Source: Parcubacteria group bacterium GW2011_GWB1_40_14
GTDB lineage: Bacteria; Patescibacteriota; Minisyncoccia; Terrybacterales; GWB1-40-14
Assembly: GCA_000996085.1 (NCBI GenBank)
Contig: LBYG01000002.1
Location: 1 to 58,820, forward strand
Direction: 5' to 3'
Length of the DNA stretch: 58,820 bases
In this document: positions 1-8,200 of the stretch, piece by piece
Layout: the number at the start of each line of letters is the position of its first letter
How positions within the stretch are numbered: position 1 is the stretch's first letter
Position numbers and translations under genes: made by a program
The notes under the pieces: generated by a model
The model's input: the letters and a program-made list of their open reading frames with translations, nothing else
What the model was told of the DNA's origin: nothing
The model's database searches: none

Positions 1-1
1 A

Positions 2-121
2 GCAAAATTCGTATCTCTGGAAGCGGCGCAAATATTAAAAGATCACACTGCCGTGATAGGTAAGATGGCTCAACAGGAAGGAATATCGCAGGAAGAAGTT
101 TGGGAAGGATTGCTCAAATAA
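2..121 (+). CDS. 3' end of an unidentified CDS (partial at window edge)
   Basis: Open frame from the window edge to TAA 119-121 (..AKFVSLEAAQILKDHTAVIGKMAQQEGISQEEVWEGLLK*). No family recognised. Followed by a hairpin. Confidence 0.3.
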   Translation, partial: AKFVSLEAAQILKDHTAVIGKMAQQEGISQEEVWEGLLK

Positions 122-127
122 AAAACT

Positions 128-148
128 CCCGCATAAGATTTATGCGGG
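128..148. terminator. Hairpin CCCGCATA-N5-TATGCGGG between convergent genes
   Basis: 8-bp inverted repeat with flanking A/T runs, located between two 3' ends. Confidence 0.55.
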
Positions 149-163
149 TAGGCGTATAATTTT

Positions 164-764
164 TTAATTAAAAAAGATAAGAGGATCTATCCATTTTGAT
201 AGATCTTCTTCTGTATTTACGTAACCGCGTATATCAAGTTTATCTTGAGAGTTATAGGGCATTATAGAAAAATGCAGATGTTTGCGCGCGCCATCGGTTT
301 CGTGTGTGTGTCCATCGCCAAGAATTCCTATTTTTTGACCTAGTTCAACGTCAGTGCCTTCAGGCAGCATTTGTTCGGGGTCAAGATGCCCGTAAAGCGC
401 AACGAACGATTGATTATTTATTTCGTGTTTAATTACAATAACTCCTCCATAGCCGGATGCGTATCTGCTTAAAATAATAGCGCCGTTTGCTATTGCTCTT
501 ACCGGAACGTCTGTCGATACGTCGCCGTATTCTATATCCACGGCATTGTGGAAACCGGTAAATTTATCAGGTTGTACCGGAGAGGTTTGCGGCGTAATAA
601 AAATTCCATACGGTTTTTTCAGTCTCAGCGCTTAAAGCTTGAGCCTTTAAAACAGCAGATTGTGTATCGGCAGAATTATTTTTTATAATAAAAAAAGACA
701 ATCCGCCGGCAATTGCAGACAGACTCATAAACGCCAATATAAGGATAAAACTCTTGAACAGCAT
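164..764 (-). pseudogene. M23 (LytM-type) metallopeptidase with an N-terminal membrane anchor, split into two frames
   Basis: The ORF 567..764 encodes a TM anchor (FILILAFMSLSAIAGGLSFFII). The second frame is open from 631 down to 164. It contains the M23 HxxxD motif (FTGFHNAVD) upstream of the listed GTG start and a downstream HLHF motif. The two frames overlap over 567-631, which contains a T6/A6 run at 614-619. Confidence 0.65.
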
Positions 765-799
765 AGACTAATGATAACATATTTTTATGATTTAGTCAA

Positions 800-832
800 T
801 CAGCTCTGATTTTTTCCGAAAATTAGGGCTGG
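800..832 (+). repeat. 32-nt hairpin repeat (second copy inverted at 14324-14355)
   Basis: CAGCTCTGATTTT-N5-AAAATTAGGGCTG. The reverse complement of 14324-14355 is nearly identical. Confidence 0.6.
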
Positions 833-865
833 TCATTAATTCTAAAAAGAATATAATTAAAAGAT

Positions 866-2491
866 ATGATAAATATTTTAATCTCAGTAAGCATTTTTTT
901 AAGCGCATTTTTTATATCGGCACCGACTGTTTTTGCTCATGGTGAAATAGACATTACACAGATAGGACTACATGAGGGAGATATTGTACGTGCTAGTGAT
1001 GTGGCAGATCCCGACATCTTTATTATTAATCAGCAGGGATATAAGCGACTTTTTTTATCTCCTGCTATTTTTGGTTTATATGCTCATTTACGTTGGGATA
1101 ACGTAAAAGCAATTCCAAAAGCGTTATTGGATGCGATGCCCACATCAGGATTATTTCGTAACTGTGAAATAAATGATTATAAAGTACATGCGTTAGCGAC
1201 AACCGGAGAAGATGAAGCGTCTCTGCATTGGGTAAATGTAAGCGGCGATAACGCAGCAGAAGCCGATGACGATTTTTTTGAGAAAGTTTTTTGTATAAAT
1301 ACACGGGAATTCCAACATTATATATCCGCTTCAGCATATAGTTCTTTGTCGCAGATACCTTCTTATTCCCGCGCATCTGTTTTACCCGGAGGCGTTAATT
1401 TAACTACTATGCCCTTGGTACTTCCTGATGGTTATAGTATTTCTTTATTTACGCCACAAGCAGTAGGCCCGTTGCGTTTTATGGCTTTTTCACCGGACGG
1501 TATTTTGTTTGTAAGTATGTCAAGTTCCGCGGGTTTGTATTCATCGCAAAGTCAGGATGACGGAAAAATTTTTGCTATCCCTGATAAAAATAAGGATGGT
1601 GTTGCGGATCAGGCAACCGCAGTATTGACAAATTTACACCTTCCGCATGGCATTGCATTTTATAACAATTATTTATATGTAGCCGAAGAAGGGAAAGTAG
1701 TGCGTTACGCGTATCTTGGTGACTCAAATTTAGGAGCGAGAGAAGTAATTGTAACAGATCTTCCGACTGCCGGAGAACATCTTTCGCGTACAATAGGTTT
1801 TAGTCCTTCGGGTAAAATGTATATTTCGATGGGTTCTTCGTGTAATGTGTGCGAACAAAGCAATTCACATTTTGCTACTGTTCGTGAATATAATGCGGAC
1901 GGGACAGGCGGTCGGGTTTTTGCTACAGGATTAAGAAACACGGTAGGCTTTACTTTTAACCCGTCAACGGCAGAAATATGGGGAACGGATAATGGAAGAG
2001 ATTATCTTGGAGACAATCTTCCGCCGGACGAAATAAATATAATTAAAGATGGGGGAAATTATGGGTGGCCCAATTGTTACGGAAAGAATATCCATGACAC
2101 GGATTTTGATAAGAACATCTATATCCTGCTTTATCCGCCGCTTCCTTGTGGCGACAAAGAGCCTTCACTCTTCGATCTTCAAGCGCATTCTGCCGCATTG
2201 GGTTTGCGCTTTATAACGGCGCAGTTTTCAAGTTTATGGCAGGGAGATCTTTTGGTTGCGTATCACGGTTCTTGGAACAGAAGCCAATATACAGGATATA
2301 AAGTTGTAAGGCTTGATGTTGAGGGTAACAGCGTTATTGGAGAATACGATTTTATTTCTGGTTGGTTACGGCCTGATGCTTCACGTTTAGGCAGGCCGGT
2401 TGATGTTATTTTTGATAGTGACGGCGTCTTATATATTTCTGATGATAGAGCCAACGTTATATATCGCGTTTCGAAGATTAATCCCGTTTAG
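866..2491 (+). CDS. Secreted PQQ-dependent sugar (glucose/sorbosone) dehydrogenase-like beta-propeller protein with an extra N-terminal module
   Basis: Signal peptide. GSDH-family motif GLRNTVGFTFNP..IWGTDNGRDYLGDNLPPDEINIIKDGGNYGWPNCYG. TATAAT at 852-857 lies 8 nt upstream of the ATG. Confidence 0.75.
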   Translation: MINILISVSIFLSAFFISAPTVFAHGEIDITQIGLHEGDIVRASDVADPDIFIINQQGYKRLFLSPAIFGLYAHLRWDNVKAIPKALLDAMPTSGLFRNCEINDYKVHALATTGEDEASLHWVNVSGDNAAEADDDFFEKVFCINTREFQHYISASAYSSLSQIPSYSRASVLPGGVNLTTMPLVLPDGYSISLFTPQAVGPLRFMAFSPDGILFVSMSSSAGLYSSQSQDDGKIFAIPDKNKDGVADQATAVLTNLHLPHGIAFYNNYLYVAEEGKVVRYAYLGDSNLGAREVIVTDLPTAGEHLSRTIGFSPSGKMYISMGSSCNVCEQSNSHFATVREYNADGTGGRVFATGLRNTVGFTFNPSTAEIWGTDNGRDYLGDNLPPDEINIIKDGGNYGWPNCYGKNIHDTDFDKNIYILLYPPLPCGDKEPSLFDLQAHSAALGLRFITAQFSSLWQGDLLVAYHGSWNRSQYTGYKVVRLDVEGNSVIGEYDFISGWLRPDASRLGRPVDVIFDSDGVLYISDDRANVIYRVSKINPV

Positions 2492-2611
2492 AGGCAATCT
2501 CATCGTCTCTTATTATTATCGAATTTAAAAACAAATTATTTTTTTTGCTAGATTTACGCTTGATTTACGGAAATGCTTTAATAAAGTATTTCCTGCCTCT
2601 AACGGGATTAA
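2478..2611. repeat. Inverted-arm element, family 2, copy X1
   Basis: Arms TTAATCCCGTTTAGAGGCA and TGCCTCTAACGGGATTAA. Internal hairpin at 2569-2593. Confidence 0.7.
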
Positions 2612-2623
2612 TCCTTAAATATT

Positions 2624-4105
2624 ATGCTTAAAATTATGGATTCGAATAAGCTCACCATGACTCCGAGTAAGATCGAACGGGTCAAAGCAAAATATATTGT
2701 ACGCTTTGTTCTGGGGCTTGTTGTATCTGTTATATTAATAAATAATCTGGCAGAAGTTCTCAGCAATTCCCGCAATAAAAGCTTTTATCTCACTGCGGAT
2801 TTGGTACGCGCTATAGGCGATACGCGTGTTTATTATTTAGAGGAAGGTAAAAAGCGATGGGTAGAATCTTTTGAAAGTTTTCAAGCGCAAGGTTTTTCCT
2901 GGGATGCTGTGCGCACCATCGCTCCAGAGGAGCTGATGAGTCTGCCTGAAGGAGACAAGATAACATCTGCTTCACCGGTAATTCTTGCGGGTGAAGAAAC
3001 AAGACTTCCGGATCTTGTACCGCTATCCGCAGAAGAAATTCAATATGATACTTTAAATGGCAGAAAAATACTGCGTTTTACTTCTGTATTTTTAAATCAA
3101 GGGGGCGGATTTCTTGAAGTTGTAGCAAAACCCCTTACTTTATCAACAGATGCATTAAAAGAAGTATTTCAACGAGTAGTTAACACAAACGGAACGGAAC
3201 GTTTGCGCCTTACCGGTTATTTTCTCTGGCACGCCATGCACGGGCATTATCATGTTACTAATGTTATGGGTTATATGTTGGAGCCGGCAGATTCAAAAGG
3301 CACAGTTATATCCGCAAAAGAGAAAGTTAGTTTTTGTTTGCGTGACGATCGTATTGAAAATAGTTCTGTTTCCGCCGCAACGAGAACTTTCAGTACATGC
3401 ACCAGCACACGTCAAGGAGTTTCTGTCGGATGGGCGGATGTGTATAGTTATTCACTTCCGGACCAATATCTTGACGTACATGGTTTAACACCCGCTACGT
3501 ACCGTCTTCTTCTGGACAGTAATCCAAAAGGATCCATATTGGAGAATAGATTAGATAACAACCGGAGTATTGTGATTGCGTATATGGATCCTGCAAACAA
3601 TATATTTAATGTTTTGGGTAAGGCAGTACCCTTGCCGGGATTTTCTTCATTTCCTGACGGTACTACAATAAGATCGCAAAGCGATAACGTTGCCTATGTA
3701 ATGTTCCATAATAAAAAGCGTTTGTTTCCTCCGGGAATCAGCACCACAACAAGAGGCATTGTATTGCCAAACAGCATAATTGAAACAATATTTACAAATA
3801 ATCTAATAAAAAATTCTAACGGTGTGATATATGCGCTTAACGATAAAGGTTACAGACGTCTATTTCCTTCGCCTGATGCGTATAATTCATATGGATTTAA
3901 TTTTGCCGATATCGCGTTAATTTCAGAACATGAACTTGTATTATACCCTGAAGCAAAATATATTCGTCAGACAGGAAGCGATATTATATATGAAATTAGC
4001 GGCAATACTAAGAAAATCGTAAATAATATTTCAGCAATATCGCCTGATATGGTTCATGTTATAAATATAATAGATTTTAATTCATATACTACAGTAGCCA
4101 ATTAA
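2624..4105 (+). CDS. Membrane-anchored lysyl-oxidase-like copper amine oxidase domain protein
   Basis: LOX signatures: WHAMHGHYH (compare WHSCHQHYH), KVSFCLRD (compare KASFCLED), and QGVSVGWADVYSYSLPDQYLDV (compare [22 protein letters not shown]). N-terminal TM helix. Flanked by ~40-aa repeat modules. Confidence 0.75.
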   Translation: MLKIMDSNKLTMTPSKIERVKAKYIVRFVLGLVVSVILINNLAEVLSNSRNKSFYLTADLVRAIGDTRVYYLEEGKKRWVESFESFQAQGFSWDAVRTIAPEELMSLPEGDKITSASPVILAGEETRLPDLVPLSAEEIQYDTLNGRKILRFTSVFLNQGGGFLEVVAKPLTLSTDALKEVFQRVVNTNGTERLRLTGYFLWHAMHGHYHVTNVMGYMLEPADSKGTVISAKEKVSFCLRDDRIENSSVSAATRTFSTCTSTRQGVSVGWADVYSYSLPDQYLDVHGLTPATYRLLLDSNPKGSILENRLDNNRSIVIAYMDPANNIFNVLGKAVPLPGFSSFPDGTTIRSQSDNVAYVMFHNKKRLFPPGISTTTRGIVLPNSIIETIFTNNLIKNSNGVIYALNDKGYRRLFPSPDAYNSYGFNFADIALISEHELVLYPEAKYIRQTGSDIIYEISGNTKKIVNNISAISPDMVHVINIIDFNSYTTVAN

Positions 4106-4112
4106 TTTTATG

Positions 4113-4250
4113 CCAGGTAGTGAAAATTCGACTGTTCGCTAAGCGAACAAGGCTACTTAGAGCAATATTATAGTTTTAATCTATTACTTTTTAAATATTA
4201 ACTATTAGAAAGAAGTTCGATAGTTTGAATGTCGAATTTCTACTACCTGG
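4113..4250 (+). repeat. Inverted-arm element, family 1, copy A (between TATG flanks)
   Basis: Arms CCAGGTAGTGAAAATTCGAC and GTCGAATTTCTACTACCTGG. Hairpin GTTCGC-taa-GCGAAC. TATG at 4109-4112 and 4251-4254. Confidence 0.8.
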
Positions 4251-4251
4251 T

Positions 4252-4971
4252 ATGGAGTTTGATATTTTCAAAAAATATCCCAACTTAAAATACGGTATTT
4301 CAAAAAAGAGGCACGGTTCGTTAAAAAAAATTACCGCAGATTTTAATTCTGCGGATATTTTTAGAAGAAATGAAAAGGATTTTTTAACCAGAGAGGGGAT
4401 TAAAGATTCAAAAATATATGAGCTCAAGCAAGTTCACGGAAATAAAGTTTTGAATTCAGAGAATATAACCGGTAACGCTACTTTTGTTGCCGATGCTTTG
4501 GTTACCAATGCACCAAATAAAGTTTTAACTATTACCGTTGCCGATTGTTATCCAATTTATCTTTTTGATCCTACCCGCAAGATCGTTGCCATTGCTCACG
4601 CGGGTTGGCGGGGCATAACGAAAGATATTTTATGCAATGTTATAGATTATTTTGTTTTAAAGTTTTCTTCTGATCCGCAAGATATTTTAGTCGGCATAGG
4701 TCCCGGGCTGGGCAAATGCCATTTTGAGGTCAAGGAAGATGTTTTGGACAATTTTACTGCATATCCTGAAGAAATCGAACATAAAAATGGGAAAATTTTC
4801 GTTGATTTGCCCGCTATTTTGGAGAAAAAAATGCTTGAACGAGGGTTAAAGCGGGAAAATATAGAATTTTCCGGTTTGTGTACTTATTGCGAGAACGGAA
4901 AATTTTTTTCCCGGCGCAGAGATAAGAATTCCGACGAGGTAATGATGGCTTATATTGGAATGACCGTTTAA
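4252..4971 (+). CDS. pgeF: Peptidoglycan editing factor PgeF / YfiH (DUF152, laccase-domain) protein
   Basis: Motifs AHAGWRG, CHFEV and CTYC..FFSRRRD. ATG 4252 is preferred over the TTG at 4225, which lies inside the repeat arm. Confidence 0.85.
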   Translation: MEFDIFKKYPNLKYGISKKRHGSLKKITADFNSADIFRRNEKDFLTREGIKDSKIYELKQVHGNKVLNSENITGNATFVADALVTNAPNKVLTITVADCYPIYLFDPTRKIVAIAHAGWRGITKDILCNVIDYFVLKFSSDPQDILVGIGPGLGKCHFEVKEDVLDNFTAYPEEIEHKNGKIFVDLPAILEKKMLERGLKRENIEFSGLCTYCENGKFFSRRRDKNSDEVMMAYIGMTV

Positions 4972-5008
4972 ATCAAATATTAAAAATCAAACATTAAAAT
5001 TTTGGTGA

Positions 5009-5055
5009 TTCGCCCTGCGTTTGCAGGGCGAAATTATAATCCCGCCTTCGGCGGG
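5009..5055 (+). terminator. Two tandem GC hairpins downstream of pgeF
   Basis: TTCGCCCTGC-N4-GCAGGGCGAA at 5009-5032 and CCCGCC-ttc-GGCGGG at 5041-5055. Confidence 0.6.
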
Positions 5056-5221
5056 GTACATTTATTTTGATATTTTATATTTAATTTTTGATATGACTTG
5101 TGGATAACCTGTGTAGGTCAAAGTTCGTTTAAAAACATGCTATAATATAAGGGTTATTTTAATTATTTATTGGTTTATTTTAAGCCAATTTGCGTGTTAT
5201 TAACCTAAAACAAATCAATAT

Positions 5222-8200
5222 ATGTACAGTTTAATTCTTTCTAAGCAAAAACGGGTTGTTCCGGCTTTTGTTGTCGCCGTTCTTATAAGCGCGGCTTTTA
5301 TTTTTGGTATTATCTTTAATGCCAAGGGTGCTACTTTTAATATCACCTCACCTTCAGGAGGAACGTGTTATGTTTACGGAACATCTATTCCGATCTCCTG
5401 GACAGCTTCTACGTTACCAGGCGTAAATCATTACGCTGTTTATTACACAACCAATGACGGATCAACTAAAACTTTGATTCCCGGAGGCCATCCTGTGACC
5501 GGAAATTCGATTTCTTGGACTCCGGAAACTTCTGTTATTGGTTTTCCGATAAAAATTGTAATTGATGGACACGATTCTGCTCACACTACTCTTGAGTCAG
5601 CAATGTCTTCTACATCTTTCGGCGTAAGTACATCTTGCGGCGGAGGATCAAGTGCGCCTCCTGTTCCCGGTACAATTGCCGGAGCGCCAAGCGGAACTGT
5701 TGGAACTTCTTATAATTTTTCTGTAATACTTTATTCTGATCCTGACGGTCAGCAAGTGCAGGCAGTTTTTGATTGGGGTGACGGTTCATCTTTCGGTTAT
5801 TCAACTTTTATTACTCCTTCAGGCGGAGGAACTTCTACAACTCCGATTGGGCACGTTTGGAATACATCGGGAACTTATTATGTAAAAGCTAAAGCAAAAG
5901 ATTCGGGTGGTGCAGAATCCGGGTGGACTTCAACTTGGGCAATAACTATAAGCGGTGCCACCGGTTGCAGTAGCGTTCCACCCGCACCTTCAAGTTTGAC
6001 AGCGACCCCTTCATCAAGTCAGGTAGCATTGAGTTGGCCGGTCGTAACATGTGCGGATAAATATAATATTTATCGCCGCAGTCCTGCCAGCACGGGAACA
6101 TGGTCTTATGTACTGCAAGTAACTACAACGTCGCACTCTGATAGTTCTTCGATATCTCCCGGCTCCTCTTATGATTATAAAGTTGAATCTTGTTTAAGTG
6201 GTTATGGTTGTTCCGGCAATTCCGATAATTATGCTTATGCGTACAATGTACTTATTCCTGGTGGTACTGATACTACTGCGCCGACTGCACCAACCGGACT
6301 TACCGCGACCCCGTATTCTGTTTCACGGATAGATTTATCCTGGAACGCATCTACAGATAATGTGGGGGTTACAAATTATAAAATTTTCCGCAACAGCGCT
6401 TTTTGGTATCAAACCTCAGCGCTTTCTTATGCAGATACGGGCTTAACAAGTAATACGACTTATTCTTATTACATTAAGGCTGTTGATGCGGCAGGAAATG
6501 AGTCTACTGCCAGCGCTACGGCTTCGGCTGTTACGCCAAGCGGTACCGCATCATGTACCGGTTTATCGCTTACATTTGCAAACAATGACACCTCTTATGT
6601 CATCGGGGATATGGTTACATATACCTATATCTGTATTCCTGGAGGAACTGCGCCTAACGTTACGGTTCAGGTGGTTAGTCCCGGTGGTACTGCGACAACA
6701 TATAATACAGCAACCAATGTAAGCCAAAATACTCTAGGTTTTAGCACTTCAAATCTTTCTGCGGGCGACTACACATTGCGTGCTTGTTTTACCTCAAGTT
6801 GTTCTCCGGTTACGGTAAGCGCTGTGTTTTCTGTTGTGTCCGGCACTACAGGTGATAATACAGCTCCTGTTATTTCTAATTTAGGGGAACAGGATATTAT
6901 CGGCATGGGCGCAAAAGTAAAATGGCTTACCGATGATCCGTCTGATTCTTTTGTCGAATACGGTACCAGTTTTGGCAATTACACCAATAATTCAAGTTCC
7001 TATTGTTATGGTTCAGGTTTGGTTACAGATCATTGTTTGTATCTGACAAATCTTACTCTTAATACGACATATTTTTATCGGGTAAGATCTGTTAATGCGG
7101 CAGGACTTCAAATTCAGGCTACCGGCGATTTTCAATCTGCATCAGGAACAGATACTTCGGGCGTGCCACCTACACCGACCAATTTTCGTTTAGAGCCGGC
7201 TCCGGTGTCTTCGCCGACTCCGACCATATATTTAAAATGGAATGTTTCAACGGATGCGGATAAATATAATTTAAGCCGCAGTCAGCACGGACTTAACAAT
7301 TGGACGTATTTCCCGCAGTTGATGGGCAACACAAATACTTCATACGCCGATTCAAGCGTTGGAGTGAGCGTTTATTATGATTATCGGGTAGAGGCATGTC
7401 ATTCGGGTTATGGTTGCTCTACATCAAGCGCATACCTTACGAATGTTTCTGTCGGTGGTACCTCAACTACAACAACACAAAACGGTTCGGTCTCAGGGAC
7501 TGTTAAAACTTCAAGTGGCGTTGCTGTTGCGGGAGCTAATATAAATATAAGGAGTTCTGACAATGTTTATAATTTTTACACAACCGCAGCTTCGGATGGT
7601 ACATATCATTTTAATAATTTGTTCCCTTATTCTTATATTTTAACCGCATATCCTCCGTCTAATAGAACCGATCTTTCTCCTTCAAGCGCTCAAAGTGTTT
7701 CTATTGCAGCCGACCAAAATACCGTACGTGATTTGCAGTTAATTTCCGGAACAAAGATTTTGACAGGAAAAGTTTTAAGAAACGATGGACGCGCTGTAAC
7801 ATATGCTGAGGTTGGGGCTTGGCGCGCCGATGGTCAGCCTGGAGGCGGTATGGCAGCAACTGATTCAAACGGTAATTATTCTATTACTTTAAGCGGCGGC
7901 AAATGGAATGTTTCGGTTCATCCTTCTTCCGCTTCTGTCTCAAGCGCCGACTGGTTTTATAATTCTGAACCGACGCTTATAGAGTTTATTGCAGACAGTA
8001 CGACCGAAAACAAAAGCGTTAATTTTACTGTTGCATCCCAGAGTTCATTTATAATTGGTTCCGTAAGATATCCCGACGGCAGTATCCCTCCTGCTTCTTT
8101 GAGCAGTGTCGGTTTCTTTAACTCAACTACACGTATTGGCGCAGTAAGTTCAATAGCCGCAGACGGGACTTTTAAGGTTGCTATTGCCGCGGGAACATAT

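Noticed and set aside
1065-1376. Numerous 60-200-aa ORFs antisense to, or out of frame within, long genes. Examples: 1065..1376 (-), 18265..18702 (+), 29451..30062 (+), 30169..30699 (+), 40726..41013 (-), 54679..55128 (+).
   Set aside because: They lie fully inside well-supported genes, have low-complexity or compositionally odd translations, and contain no recognisable motifs. They are treated as shadow ORFs.
4191-4427. The conserved peptide IPGSRNST(F/L) in three minus-strand ORFs (4191..4427, 26188..26391, 50152..50391), and the plus-strand MPGSE.. mini-ORFs.
   Set aside because: These are translations of the repeated family 1 arm. Indels between copies shift the frame after a few codons, so conservation is at the nucleotide or structure level, not the protein level.
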